The notes under the pieces are model-generated. The model had not been told where the DNA came from, made no database searches, and saw only the letters and a list, made by a program, of their open reading frames with translations. 64,000 nucleotides of DNA from Acidobacteria bacterium RIFCSPLOWO2_12_FULL_66_21. GTDB lineage: Bacteria; Acidobacteriota; Vicinamibacteria; Vicinamibacterales; 2-12-FULL-66-21. The translations under genes and the position numbers were made by a program. Positions 35,658 to 47,067 of the stretch are shown piece by piece; position 1 is the first letter of the stretch, and every line of letters begins with the position of its first letter. The stretch lies in the NCBI GenBank assembly GCA_001767455.1, contig MELC01000038.1:48743-112742 (forward strand), written 5' to 3'.

Positions 35658-38600
35658 CTAGAATCCCGGCATCAGATTGAACTGCCACAGCCAGCCGCGC
35701 CCCGGCCGGTTGAGCGGGCGCACGAAGTTGATCTCCCCGACGGCGAAGCCGAACAGATTGATGCGCGCGGCGGCGCCCACGCTCCCGACCGGCTTGTGAT
35801 CGCTGACGAACTGCGCGGTCGAGTTGCCACCCCAGGCGACGCCGCCGTCGGCGAACACCGCCAGCTCGATCGGCAGCGGCCCGTAGAAGTTCTTGCCGCC
35901 GAACGCGCCCCACAGCGGGAACCGCAGTTCCAGATTCCCAATCGCCACGCGGCTGCCGATGAGCCGATCGAACGCGGGGCACGAACCATCCGGGGCGTTC
36001 CCGCATTCGCCGGACTGGAAAGAACCCGAGTCGTACCCGCGAACGAGTCCGGGGTATCCCAGGTACAAAGTCGGCAGCCGCCCGTCTTCCGCGCTGCGCC
36101 CGTACCGTCCGTAGTACATGCCGCGGGCCGCGAGCGTGAACGGCCGGACCGGCATCAGATACGAGCGGTAGTCTGCCAGCAGCCCCGTGTAGGTCACCGA
36201 GCCGCTGGTCTGCGACACCTCGAGGCGATAGCGGTTGCCGCGAATCGGGCTGGTCGCGCCGAAGATCGACGTGTCGCCCACGAGCGCGCCTGACGCCTGG
36301 GCGAGGTTCAGCGTCGGAAACGACCCCAGCTTCGTGGTGTCCTCTGTGAGCTGGTCTCCGGTGATGGCCGAGAACAGCCGCTCCGTCACGTCCTGCTTCA
36401 GGCCGATCTGTCTCAGGCCGCCGTTGAACTCGACGCGCCGGGCCCTGCTGAAGGGATACGCGACGATGCCCGACGCCCCACGGTCGGTCTGGACGATCCG
36501 GTACTCCTGCTCCACGTAGACGTCCTGCCCGTCAACCCTCGCAATGCCCTGGGCGAACGAGCGCGCGACGTACGGCGTCTGGTCGGCCTCGATGCCCCAG
36601 TTCCAGCGGTGCGTGCGATTGAGGTACATCGCACTGCCGCCGAACTCGTCGAAACGGCTCGTCATCTGCACCGACGTGCCCACCGTATGGTTGCCAAGCA
36701 TGTCGCTGAAGAGGAACGACAGGCCCCCGGCGGCGTAGGTCCCGAACGGATCCCTTCCGACGCCGATCGTCGGCTGCCCGGCGAAATCGAGCGAGAGATG
36801 CGGCGTGTATTTCTGCGTCGGCGCGGGCGAGGCCGGCGCGGGCAGGCCGATCGTGTCGTTCTGCAGCGCCGCGTAGACCTCACCCTGCCCTGTCGTGCGC
36901 GGCGGGAGCACGGCGGCGTTGATCGGCAGATCCACCAGGGCCGTTCCCGCGAGGGCCGTCTCCGAATCGAGCGCGTAGATGTTGTAGCCGTCTTCCTCAT
37001 ACGTGCTGAACACGATCCGCCCATCCACCGCCGACATGGCGGGGCTCAGCGCCGTGATGCCGCTGACGCCGGTCACCAGGTTCGTGAGCTGTGCCGCAGG
37101 GCCGCCGTCGAGCGGCGCGCGGTAGATGTTGCTGATCCCCTGCCGATCCGAGAGGAAGTACAACGACCGGCCGTCGCGCGACCATTGCGGGCTGAGGTTC
37201 TTCGCACCCTCGAACCCGGCGGCGGCGCGCACCTCGCCGGTCGCGACGTTCATCACCGCGATCCGCGGATGCCCGGACTCCAGCACTTGCAGGTTCGTCG
37301 AGAACCGGTCCGTGGCGAACGCGAGCTCCCGGCCGTCGGGCGACCAGGCCGGGTCGAGTTCCGCGTACGCGTCGGTCGTCAGACGCTTGAGCTGGCCCGC
37401 CCCGAGGTCGTAGACGAACAGATCGTTGAGGCCGCCGACAAGACCCGAAAGCGCGATACGGTTTCCGTCGGGCGACCACGCGGGATTGAGCACCTCATCG
37501 ATGCCCGGCAGCTTGATCTCGCGCTCGACGCGTCCGCTGCCGACGTCCACGATTGTGAGCACCGGCCGTCCACTGCTGATGCCAGGGAACACGAACCGCT
37601 TGCCGGACGGATCCCACGCCCCCGCCGATTCGATGAACTCCAGGCTCTCGAAATGCGGGTCGGTGGCCGTGTCGGTGATCTTGCGGATCACCTTGCCGGT
37701 CTGCGCGTCGGCGAGATAGAGGTCGATCGAGAACAGATCGCGTTCCGAGAAGAACATGATCTTCGATCCGTCGGGACTGAGCTTCGGGCTGACGTTCATC
37801 TCGCCGGCCTGCTCCTTGGTGATCACGGGGCGCGCGACGGCTCCCGCCATCTTCGTCATTTCCGCGATGGGGCGGTAGGCCGCGAACACCGCGTCGTGCC
37901 ATTGCTTGGACAGCTCCTTCGCGTCGACGCCCAGTACCTGCTTGAACGCCTCGTCGAACCCGTGGCTGCCCGCGCCCATGCGCAACAGATCGCCGACGAC
38001 CTTGTCGCCGTACTTGCCCGCGATGAACGCCCAGAGGGCCTGGCCGTAGCGATACGGGAAGTACCGCGGATTCTCCAGGTCCTTGATATCCGGCAGCTTC
38101 TCGCGGCGCGCGGCTTCGCGCATCCACATCGCCGTGTGCGGATCGACCGGTCCGATCGACAGGTACTCGGCCATCCCCTCGATGAACCAGAGCGGCAATC
38201 CCAGGGCGCCGGCCTGGTTGGTGTTCACGTTCGTGTTGGTGACGTCGTACTGGAACGCGTGCACCAGCTCGTGGCCGATGACGTGGTCGGTCGATTCGAG
38301 CGGCCCGGCGAACGGCAGGATGATGCGGCGCTTGAACGGCTCGGTGACGCCTCCCGTGCCCTCGCCCAGCTCCTCGTCGATGACGTTGGTCTGGCGGAAG
38401 TGCGGACTGCTGGCATACAGGATGAGCGGCTGGCGCCCGCGAAGCTGGTGCCCCAGCACCTGCGAGAGCCGGGCGTACCAGCGTTCCGCCATCCGCGACG
38501 CCATCTGCGCCGCCTGCTCCTCCTCGGGATAGAAGTAGATGTCGAAGTGGTCGGTCTTCAGCACTTTGAAGTCGAACTTCTGGTACTGAACCTTGTTGCG

Positions 38601-38690
38601 GCCGAAGTAGCCTCCCTGGGCGAGGGCGGTACCCGGCACGGCCAGCGTAAGAATGGCGGACAGGGCTGCGACTCGAACTACGGAATGCAT
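35658..38690 (-). CDS. Secreted zinc metallopeptidase (Peptidase_MA-like HEXXH) fused to a PD40/TolB-like beta-propeller and a C-terminal Omp85-like beta-barrel
   Basis: Signal peptide. HVIGHELVHAF...EGMAEYLS gluzincin motifs. Repeated WSPDG PD40 blades. C-terminal barrel region with BamA-like motifs (GYPGLVRGY, ELRFPLWG, VFADGGVAWG) ending in ...NLMPGF. True start ATG 38690. Confidence 0.7.
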   Translation of the reverse strand: MHSVVRVAALSAILTLAVPGTALAQGGYFGRNKVQYQKFDFKVLKTDHFDIYFYPEEEQAAQMASRMAERWYARLSQVLGHQLRGRQPLILYASSPHFRQTNVIDEELGEGTGGVTEPFKRRIILPFAGPLESTDHVIGHELVHAFQYDVTNTNVNTNQAGALGLPLWFIEGMAEYLSIGPVDPHTAMWMREAARREKLPDIKDLENPRYFPYRYGQALWAFIAGKYGDKVVGDLLRMGAGSHGFDEAFKQVLGVDAKELSKQWHDAVFAAYRPIAEMTKMAGAVARPVITKEQAGEMNVSPKLSPDGSKIMFFSERDLFSIDLYLADAQTGKVIRKITDTATDPHFESLEFIESAGAWDPSGKRFVFPGISSGRPVLTIVDVGSGRVEREIKLPGIDEVLNPAWSPDGNRIALSGLVGGLNDLFVYDLGAGQLKRLTTDAYAELDPAWSPDGRELAFATDRFSTNLQVLESGHPRIAVMNVATGEVRAAAGFEGAKNLSPQWSRDGRSLYFLSDRQGISNIYRAPLDGGPAAQLTNLVTGVSGITALSPAMSAVDGRIVFSTYEEDGYNIYALDSETALAGTALVDLPINAAVLPPRTTGQGEVYAALQNDTIGLPAPASPAPTQKYTPHLSLDFAGQPTIGVGRDPFGTYAAGGLSFLFSDMLGNHTVGTSVQMTSRFDEFGGSAMYLNRTHRWNWGIEADQTPYVARSFAQGIARVDGQDVYVEQEYRIVQTDRGASGIVAYPFSRARRVEFNGGLRQIGLKQDVTERLFSAITGDQLTEDTTKLGSFPTLNLAQASGALVGDTSIFGATSPIRGNRYRLEVSQTSGSVTYTGLLADYRSYLMPVRPFTLAARGMYYGRYGRSAEDGRLPTLYLGYPGLVRGYDSGSFQSGECGNAPDGSCPAFDRLIGSRVAIGNLELRFPLWGAFGGKNFYGPLPIELAVFADGGVAWGGNSTAQFVSDHKPVGSVGAAARINLFGFAVGEINFVRPLNRPGRGWLWQFNLMPGF

Positions 38691-38833
38691 AGGCGGTTCT
38701 CTGCTGCTCAGTTCATGACGTCGCCTGGTTCGGGGCCCGGGCGAACGTGTGGTTCCAGTCAGGCGCGCCCCCGAAACTGCAACGGCTGTACCGCCTGACG
38801 GCCGCTCCTTTCTGGTACACTTTCCGCTCAGCC

Positions 38834-40648
38834 ATGCGGGCCCTCTACGTCGTCTTTCCAATTCTTTGTATCCTGGCAATCGCCTACCGTTATTACAGCG
38901 CCTTTATCGCCGCGCGGATCATGTCGCTCGACGATCGGCGCGTGACCCCCGCGCACGAGCGCAACGACGGCCAGAACTACCACCCGACGCACCGCCTCGT
39001 CCTCTTCGGCCATCACTTCGCGGCCATCACCGGGGCCGGACCGCTCATCGGACCGGTGCTCGCCGCGCAATTCGGCTACGCGCCCGGCTTGATTTGGCTG
39101 GTCGCGGGGGTCTGCCTCGCCGGCGCTGTTCACGATTTCATCATCCTCTGGGCGTCGGTGCGACGTGGCGGCCGGTCGCTGGCGGAGATCGCGCGTGTGG
39201 AAATCGGGCCGGTCGCGGGCGCGACGGCGGCCGTGGCCATCCTCTTCATCATCGTCATCGCCCTCGCTGGACTTGGCCTCGCCGTCGTCAACGCCCTGGC
39301 GGAAAGCGCCTGGGGGACTTTTACGATTGGCACCTCCATCCCGCTCGCGCTCTTCATGGGCCTGTACATGTACCGGTTCCGGAAGGGACGTATCGCGGAG
39401 GCGACCGTCATCGGCGTGATCGGCCTGGTGCTCGCGGTCGTGTTGGGGAAGCCGCTGGCCGCCTCCTCGTTCGGCCATTTCTTCAGCCTGTCCCGCAACC
39501 AGCTCATCCTTGCGATGGCCTCGTATGGATTCATAGCGTCGGTGTTGCCGGTCTGGATGCTGCTCTGCCCCCGCGACTATCTCAGTTCCTTCATGAAGAT
39601 CGGGACGATCGCCTTTCTGGTGGTCGCCGTCATGGTGGTCAACCCGGTCCTGAAGATGCCGGCTTTCACGCAGTTCACCGCCGGCGGCGGTCCGATCATT
39701 CCGGGGCCGCTGTTTCCGTTTGCGTTCATCACCATCGCGTGCGGGGCGATCTCCGGGTTCCACGCGCTCATCGCGTCGGGCACGACGCCGAAGATGATCG
39801 ATCGTGAGTCCGACATCCGGCCGATCGGCTATGGCGCGATGCTGATCGAAGGCCTGGTGGGCGTGATGGCGCTCATCGCCGCGACGGCCATGTTCCCCGG
39901 CGACTACTTCGCCATCAATACCTCGCCGGCCACCTTCGCGCACCTGGGCATGCCGATCGTCAACCTGCCCACGCTCGAGGGTGCGGTCGGCGAAACCGTC
40001 AGCGGACGTCCCGGCGGAGCGGTCTCGCTGGCGGTCGGCATGGCGCAGATCTTCAGCGGGCTGCCGGGCATGCGCGGACTGATGGATTACTGGTACCACT
40101 TCGCGATCATGTTCGAGGCGCTGTTCATTCTGACCACCATCGATACCGGTACGCGCGTCGCGCGCTTCCTCGTGCAGGAGTTCTTCGGGCGCTTCTACGA
40201 GCCCATGGCGCGCCAGGAGTGGCTGCCGGGCGCTGTGGTGTCGACCTTGCTCGTTGTGGCCTCCTGGGCCTATTTCATCTGGACCGGCAGCATCAGCACT
40301 ATCTGGCCGATGTTCGGTATCGCCAATCAACTGCTTGCCTCTGTCGCGCTCGCCGTCGGAACCACGATTATCATCAACATGGGGAAGGCTCGGTACGCGT
40401 GGGTGACCGCCCTGCCTCTCGCGTTCGTCTCCGTGACGACCCTGACGGCCGGCGTGATGAGCGTGCGGGATATTTTCTGGCCGATGGCGGTCTCGTCTGA
40501 CCCCGCCCTGCATTTCTCCGGGTTCCTGAACACCGTCCTGACGATCGTCATGATGATCTGCGTGGTCATCATCCTGGCAAACGCCGCCTGGCGCTCGGCC
40601 CGCGTCCTCCGTGGCGACGCCGTCCAGCTCCCCGCACCCGGCACCTAG
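38834..40648 (+). CDS. cstA: Carbon starvation protein A
   Basis: Polytopic CstA family ([32 protein letters not shown]...). Start is M30 of the track ORF. Confidence 0.9.
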   Translation: MRALYVVFPILCILAIAYRYYSAFIAARIMSLDDRRVTPAHERNDGQNYHPTHRLVLFGHHFAAITGAGPLIGPVLAAQFGYAPGLIWLVAGVCLAGAVHDFIILWASVRRGGRSLAEIARVEIGPVAGATAAVAILFIIVIALAGLGLAVVNALAESAWGTFTIGTSIPLALFMGLYMYRFRKGRIAEATVIGVIGLVLAVVLGKPLAASSFGHFFSLSRNQLILAMASYGFIASVLPVWMLLCPRDYLSSFMKIGTIAFLVVAVMVVNPVLKMPAFTQFTAGGGPIIPGPLFPFAFITIACGAISGFHALIASGTTPKMIDRESDIRPIGYGAMLIEGLVGVMALIAATAMFPGDYFAINTSPATFAHLGMPIVNLPTLEGAVGETVSGRPGGAVSLAVGMAQIFSGLPGMRGLMDYWYHFAIMFEALFILTTIDTGTRVARFLVQEFFGRFYEPMARQEWLPGAVVSTLLVVASWAYFIWTGSISTIWPMFGIANQLLASVALAVGTTIIINMGKARYAWVTALPLAFVSVTTLTAGVMSVRDIFWPMAVSSDPALHFSGFLNTVLTIVMMICVVIILANAAWRSARVLRGDAVQLPAPGT

Positions 40649-40912
40649 CACCCAGCACCCCTTTTGGGCGGTCGGTTTCGGTACGTGTATGTGCTATTAC
40701 GGCACACGAGCTAAAGTGCTGTACGTGCGCCATATCCGTCTGTTCTGCCACGGTCGCCCCGAACTGATGTTCCGTTCTGGCACGTTACAATCTCGAAACG
40801 TCGAGAATGCTCCGGTACCGCAACTCTGCTAAGAGCCGCTCTTATAATGGTTTAGCGATACATGCGGCACCATTGTCGAGGTCGGTGTGGGAATTGCACA
40901 GCTATCGGCGTC
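40649..40912 (+). promoter_or_regulatory. Relatively AT-rich 264-bp regulatory gap with a consensus TATAAT (40843-40848) upstream of the S8 protease gene
   Basis: Local GC drop. Exact TATAAT 65 nt upstream of ATG 40913; weak -35. Confidence 0.35.
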
Positions 40913-43057
40913 ATGAATTATCGAACGCTGTCCCTTCCGGCGGTCCTGCTCGCCCTCGCCAGTCCCGTTTTCGCTCAGAATTCCGCCAAAATCGATGAAG
41001 AGCTGACCCGATCGGTCAAAGCCGGCTGCACCACCGAGAAGGTCATCATCACCACGCGCCCCGGGTATCGCGCGGGTCTTGCCGACTCGCTGCAGAGACA
41101 CGGGGACCGGGTCAAGTTCCAGCATGTGTCGATCGACGCGGTGTCCGCCGAGATCCATTGCGGTGACATCGAGACCCTGAGCGGCTTCTCGTCGGTTCGG
41201 GCGATTTCCAAGGACGCGGAAGTCCGCGCCGACGGACTCGCCGGCACGCGCGCCCCTCGCAGCACCGGAGACACCACCGGCGCCAGTGCCGCCAGCGCCA
41301 ACAGACAGGACACGGTTGCGCGCACGAACGCGGGGAAGAAAGCTGAGCGCGGCCAGTGGGTCTTCTTCGAGACGCTGGGCGTGAACGCGGCCCGCCAGAC
41401 GGTGACGAGCGAACTGGCGATGCTTGGCGATGTCACCTACGACACGACCGAGATCGACAGCACGCTGGTCGACTGGTCGGGCTCATCCGAGCCCACCCGG
41501 TCGGCGGGCACCTTCGGCATCGCGATCATCGATTCCGGCATCGAGCCCGCCATCGACTTCGGCAACCGGATCAGCGCGTTCTATGACTTCACGGGGGGTC
41601 ACGTCCGCAAAGCGGCGCCATCTGACGCCTACGGCCACGGCACGCATGTTGCCGGCCTGATCGCCAGCCGCTTTGTGGGCGTCGCCCCCTTCGTCCGCCT
41701 CGTCGGCCTGCGCGTGCTCGACGGGAAAGGCTCGGGGCAGACGAGCGATGTCGTCGAAGCGATCGAGTTCGCGACGGCGAACAAGGACATCCTGGGGATC
41801 CGCGCGATCAACCTGTCGCTCGGGCACCCGATCTTCGAGCCGGCCGCAACCGATCCGCTGGTGCAGGCGGTCGAGCGCGCCGTCCGCGCCGGCCTCGTCG
41901 TCATCACGGCATCCGGCAACTTCGGCGTGAACCCCGCGACGGGCCTGCCCGGCTATGCGGGAGTGATCTCGCCGGGCAACGCGCCGTCGTCGATCACGGT
42001 CGCGGCGCTCAATACGTTCGAGACCGTGAGCCGCGCGGATGACCGCGTCGCGCCGTACAGCTCGCGCGGCCCGTCGTGGTACGACGCGTTCGCCAAGCCC
42101 GACGTCACCGCGCCCGGCCACAACCTGTTGTCAATCGCCGCCAAGGGCAGCTATCTCCGGAGGCTGAACGAAAAACGCGGCGGTTCCGGCGACTACATGC
42201 GCCTGAGCGGAACGAGCATGGCGGCGGCGGTCGCGACCGGCGTCGTCGCGCTCACGCTGGACGCCAACGGCACCCTGACCCCGAATGCGGTGAAGGCCGT
42301 GCTCGAGTACACGGCGATCCCCGTCAAGGACGATCAGCACGAGGTGTACGACGCGCTGACGCAGGGCACCGGCGGGGTCAACGGCGGCGGCGCGATCGCG
42401 CTCGCCGCGGCGATCGACGCGAGCCAGCCGGTCGGAAGCAAGTGGCTGATGTACGGCGTGCCGTTCCACACCACGATCGGCCGCGTGCCCTACCAGTGGG
42501 CCGGGTCGATCCTGTGGGGACCGCATCACGTCCGCGGCGACGGCGTCCTCGACGAGAACCGGATCGCGTGGCAGACCAACATCGTCTGGGCCTCGGGCGT
42601 CGATGAAGACAACATCGTGTGGGGCACGGTCGAGCCCGACGAAGACAACATCGTCTGGGGCACGTCCGACGACGACGGCGACAACATCGTGTGGGGCACC
42701 AACTTCGTCTGGGCGACCTCCGACGACGACGCGGACAACATCGTCTGGGGCACGTCGGTCGACGAAGACAACATCGTCTGGGGCACCAACATCGTGTGGG
42801 GCGCCTCGCTCATCGGCGAGGACGACGGGGACAACATCGTCTGGGGCACGGGTGACGATGACGGCGACAACATCGTCTGGGGAACGGTCAGCGCCGACAA
42901 CGTCGTCTGGGGCAACCTGTTCGAGTCGAACCTCGTCTGGGGCGCCGACGAACACGACAGCGACAACATCGTGTGGGGCACCGGGATCATCTGGGGCAAG
43001 GGCGGCATCACGGGCGCCCGCCCCGCGCACGGGCAGCAGCGCCGGAACCGCCGGTAG
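40913..43057 (+). CDS. Subtilisin-like serine protease (peptidase S8) with a C-terminal array of ~17 DNIVWGT-type short repeats
   Basis: Signal peptide. Asp/His/Ser triad contexts (IAIIDSGI, HGTHVAGLIAS, GTSMAAAVATGV). Residues ~550-715 consist of D(E/D)DNIVWGT repeats, which at the DNA level are many copies of gacaacatcgtctggggcac. Confidence 0.85.
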   Translation: MNYRTLSLPAVLLALASPVFAQNSAKIDEELTRSVKAGCTTEKVIITTRPGYRAGLADSLQRHGDRVKFQHVSIDAVSAEIHCGDIETLSGFSSVRAISKDAEVRADGLAGTRAPRSTGDTTGASAASANRQDTVARTNAGKKAERGQWVFFETLGVNAARQTVTSELAMLGDVTYDTTEIDSTLVDWSGSSEPTRSAGTFGIAIIDSGIEPAIDFGNRISAFYDFTGGHVRKAAPSDAYGHGTHVAGLIASRFVGVAPFVRLVGLRVLDGKGSGQTSDVVEAIEFATANKDILGIRAINLSLGHPIFEPAATDPLVQAVERAVRAGLVVITASGNFGVNPATGLPGYAGVISPGNAPSSITVAALNTFETVSRADDRVAPYSSRGPSWYDAFAKPDVTAPGHNLLSIAAKGSYLRRLNEKRGGSGDYMRLSGTSMAAAVATGVVALTLDANGTLTPNAVKAVLEYTAIPVKDDQHEVYDALTQGTGGVNGGGAIALAAAIDASQPVGSKWLMYGVPFHTTIGRVPYQWAGSILWGPHHVRGDGVLDENRIAWQTNIVWASGVDEDNIVWGTVEPDEDNIVWGTSDDDGDNIVWGTNFVWATSDDDADNIVWGTSVDEDNIVWGTNIVWGASLIGEDDGDNIVWGTGDDDGDNIVWGTVSADNVVWGNLFESNLVWGADEHDSDNIVWGTGIIWGKGGITGARPAHGQQRRNRR

Positions 43058-43066
43058 AAGAAGCAG

Positions 43067-43143
43067 TTTCCAGTTTCCAGTTTCCAGCTCCCAGCGTTTC
43101 GAAGGCTGGCAACTGGAAGCTGGCAGCTGGAAGCTTCCAATTG
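43067..43143. terminator. Imperfect CCAGTTT/CCAGCTT-type heptamer hairpin between convergent genes
   Basis: cagtttccagtttccagtttccagctcccagcg tttcgaa ggctggcaactggaagctggcagctggaagc. Confidence 0.7.
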
Positions 43144-43145
43144 CC

Positions 43146-44702
43146 CTACACCTCTCCGCGCGCGACCATCGCCTGATACGATTCCGGCATGCGGCCGGCG
43201 CGGATCGCCGCCGCGTCGGCCCGCAGCCGCTCGCGGTCCGACACGTTGATGCGGGCGAGCGCGTCGAGAAAGTCCACGACCGAATCGCGCTCGCCGTACT
43301 TCAACAGGTAGTTCACCAGCCGGGGGCGCAGCGGCGAGTCGATGTAGTACGCCAGCTCGTCGGACGCGGGCGCCTTCGCCGCCTCGCGCATGTAGCGCAC
43401 CGCGCGTTCCCGGCTTCCCTCCCGCAGCGCGAGCGTCGCCAGCGTGATGTTCGCCTTGTAGATCGCCGTCCCGTACGCCGGATCGCCGCGGCGCGTGGCC
43501 GCGAGCGCCAGGAGATCCTCGGCGTACTTTTTCGACCGCTGCCACTCGCCGCGGGCGCCCTCCTGATGCCTTTCGTCATCGAACGCTTCTCCTCGCAGGT
43601 ACGCGGACTCGGCGAGCCAGGGCAACCAGGCAAACCGTTCGCCTTCCGGGAACGTGGAGAGTGCCTGGTATTCCAGATCCCTGATCTTCTGCTGGGCTGA
43701 CGTGTCGCCGGCGCGCGCATGGCTGGCGAGTTCCCGCCCCGTCAGCTCGAATTGTTTCTCCTGCAGCTCGGTGCGGATCTCGCGGTTGCGCTCGCGCACC
43801 TTGAGCGCCACGAGTACCTGCTGGGGCTCCGGCGATGCTGGCGCAAGCGTCGCCGCGCGTTCAACCAGGGACCTGCCGAGCGCGACGCTGCCGGCGCCCG
43901 CCTCGTTGCGGGTGAAGTTGTTGATCATGTAGCTGCCCGCGGCGGTCAGCAGGACCGGGTCGGCCGAATCGGCGAGCTTCTTCCGGGCTTCGTCCTGAAA
44001 GGCCGGCAGGTCGCCCGGACTCGCCTTCGCCTGCGGCAGAACGGAGCGCCCGGGGTTCGAACTGATGAGGACGCTCGCGTACAGCACGCCCAATCGCGCG
44101 GACCACGGCTGTGGCAGAAAACGCGCCTGCGGAGCGCGCGGGGGCCCGTCAGGGTCCGCAGCCGCGCCGCGGAGAAGCACGCGCTCGGCGAGACGCGGCT
44201 CAACCGTCTGAAAGAACGCCGCCGCGTTTGCCAGCACCGCCGATGATGGACGCTCCGCCGCGAGCTCGGCCGTCCAGAGGGCCTTCGCCCCGGCGTATCC
44301 GACTGGATCGTCGCTCAACCGGCGAACCCACGCGCCTGTCAAGGGATCCCCGGGATGGTGCGCGATCATCCAGAGGATATGCCGCCGCCTTCCGGCAGTG
44401 GCTTCGCTCCGGCCGATCTTCCGGCCGTTCTCTGTGTAGAACGCCACGAGTTTGCGTCGCGCCGCCAGGTCTTCAGGATGGCTCGCGAGCCCCGCCTCCA
44501 GCGATGCGGCGTCGCGGGGCGTCATCCTCGCGGCGGCGGCGAGCATGTCGATGTCGGCCTTCTCCTGCGCGAGGCGGTCCGCGGTCACAGGGTCCGGTTG
44601 CAGCGGCGCGGGCTCGCCCTGGTGACGACAACCTCCGGCCGCGACAAGCGCCGCCACGCAGATGAACCGGCCGATCGGTGTCACGTGTCGAAAAGCTCTC
44701 AT
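43146..44702 (-). CDS. Hypothetical lipoprotein (helical-repeat rich)
   Basis: Lipobox LVAAGGC. No confident family assignment. Confidence 0.55.
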   Translation of the reverse strand: MRAFRHVTPIGRFICVAALVAAGGCRHQGEPAPLQPDPVTADRLAQEKADIDMLAAAARMTPRDAASLEAGLASHPEDLAARRKLVAFYTENGRKIGRSEATAGRRRHILWMIAHHPGDPLTGAWVRRLSDDPVGYAGAKALWTAELAAERPSSAVLANAAAFFQTVEPRLAERVLLRGAAADPDGPPRAPQARFLPQPWSARLGVLYASVLISSNPGRSVLPQAKASPGDLPAFQDEARKKLADSADPVLLTAAGSYMINNFTRNEAGAGSVALGRSLVERAATLAPASPEPQQVLVALKVRERNREIRTELQEKQFELTGRELASHARAGDTSAQQKIRDLEYQALSTFPEGERFAWLPWLAESAYLRGEAFDDERHQEGARGEWQRSKKYAEDLLALAATRRGDPAYGTAIYKANITLATLALREGSRERAVRYMREAAKAPASDELAYYIDSPLRPRLVNYLLKYGERDSVVDFLDALARINVSDRERLRADAAAIRAGRMPESYQAMVARGEV

Positions 44703-44718
44703 GGGTGTCTAATATCGC

Positions 44719-45729
<1,011 letters not shown>

Positions 45730-45783
45730 TCGATAGTCGATAGTCGCTACCGCCCCGTGTGAGATAATCAAGCCTCCACCGGC

Positions 45784-45860
45784 CGGGGCGTAGCGCAGCC
45801 TGGTAGCGCATCTGCTTTGGGAGCAGAGGGTCGGGGGTTCGAATCCCTCCGCCCCGACCA
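45784..45860 (+). tRNA. tRNA-Pro (anticodon UGG), CCA encoded
   Basis: Cloverleaf read by eye: acceptor CGGGGCG/CGCCCCG, D-arm GCGC-AGCCUGGUA-GCGC, anticodon stem UCUGC/GCAGA with loop UUUGGGA, T-arm GGGGG-UUCGAAU-CCCUC, then ACCA. Confidence 0.9.
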
Positions 45861-45868
45861 ACCATCTA

Positions 45869-45967
45869 GCAAGCAGCGCGCAGCAGGCGGCAGGCAGTGA
45901 GTCGAACTGTCACTCTGTCAGCGCGACAGCGTGATCCGCTGCCAGCTGCGTGCTGCCAGCTGCCTGC
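45869..45967. repeat. Dispersed ~100-bp inverted-repeat element, copy B (inverted relative to copy A at 9569-9670)
   Basis: The reverse complement aligns to copy A (gcaggcagctggc...gcagcggatcacgctgtc.cgctga...tcgactcactgcctgc). Confidence 0.7.
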
Positions 45968-47064
45968 TATCGAATGAAATTCGGCCGCAGCGGGCCATCT
46001 CCTTTGTAATCGCTGGCGCACAGCCGCCACTGCGACTGCTCGAACACCGCGGTCACGAAGTCCGTGCCCGCTATGGTCCCGATGTCCCCCGCCGTGCATT
46101 CGTCGAATGTCTTCAGACAGAGTGAACGCCACCTGGTCGGCACGGCCGCGCACGCATCGCCGTCGGGCGGGCTGGCCAGCGCACCGCACGGCCTCCCGGC
46201 GAACTGGAAGGTGACCGAGGCGTCGCCGACCGACGAGTCCAGGATCTGGTAGTGCTCGCGGTTTTTCTCGACGTCCTCTTTCTCGGCGGATCGTCCACCC
46301 TCGCACCGCGCGCTCCTGCTGAAATCGCGCAGGACCGCATCGGGATCTTTGATGGTCGAGTCCGAGAAATCCAGCAGGAACCGGCGCGCCATGTCCCCGA
46401 CTTCCTTGACCGAGTCGTGCAGCGACACGATCGTGCTCCCCTCGACGCGGTTGGACGGATCGCTGACCGCCACGGTGATCCTGACCTGAAGCGGGGTGGG
46501 GCCTGCCGCGGGTGCGAGCCACTTGACGACCGGACCAGTCCCGCTGAAGGTGCCCGCCTCGGCCGACCACTCGAACTTCAACTCGTCAAGCGGGGTGTCA
46601 GGGTCCTGCACCGTTGCGGTGATGTCGATGAGCTCGGCCAGGTCCGCAAACTGCGCCGGCTCGTTGGAGCGCGTACCCTTCGCCACGATCGCGGTGATCG
46701 CGGGCGCCGCGCTGACCACCACCTCATACGTGAAGCCGCCCGGGAGCGATGCGACGCGGCCGCCCACGATGACGATCACGTCCCCCGCCCCCGCGGCATG
46801 GGCGCCCGTACGAGCCGTAATCGCGGAGGAGGACTCGACGATCACGTCGGCCGCCGGAACGCCGCCGATCGTCACCGAGGCGCCGGCTGCAAAGTTGGCG
46901 CCGGTGATCCGCACAGGCGTACCGCCGCTCGCCGGTCCGCTCGCCGGCGAGACCGCAAAAACCAGGGGCGCCGCCGGTCCTGACGGACCGTTCGGCCCGC
47001 CGCCGCACGCGACGACGCCGGCGCAGAGCAAGGCAGCCGCGGCGCGAGCCGCCTTCCGCCGCAC
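45967..47064 (-). CDS. Hypothetical lipoprotein with IPT/TIG domain
   Basis: Lipobox LLCAGVVAC. IPT/TIG-like segment (PVRITGANFAAGASVTIGGVPAADVIVESSSAITARTGAH). Confidence 0.6.
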   Translation of the reverse strand: MRRKAARAAAALLCAGVVACGGGPNGPSGPAAPLVFAVSPASGPASGGTPVRITGANFAAGASVTIGGVPAADVIVESSSAITARTGAHAAGAGDVIVIVGGRVASLPGGFTYEVVVSAAPAITAIVAKGTRSNEPAQFADLAELIDITATVQDPDTPLDELKFEWSAEAGTFSGTGPVVKWLAPAAGPTPLQVRITVAVSDPSNRVEGSTIVSLHDSVKEVGDMARRFLLDFSDSTIKDPDAVLRDFSRSARCEGGRSAEKEDVEKNREHYQILDSSVGDASVTFQFAGRPCGALASPPDGDACAAVPTRWRSLCLKTFDECTAGDIGTIAGTDFVTAVFEQSQWRLCASDYKGDGPLRPNFIR

Positions 47065-47067
47065 CCC

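Noticed and set aside
36609-40651. Long antisense ORFs (36609-38798 plus strand; 38828-40651 minus strand)
   Set aside because: They oppose the peptidase-propeller-Omp85 gene and cstA respectively. Compositionally biased, no motifs.
40766-40780. Possible sigma-54 promoter (TGGCACG...)
   Set aside because: The -24 GG element is present, but the -12 element reads AATC instead of TTGC at the right spacing.
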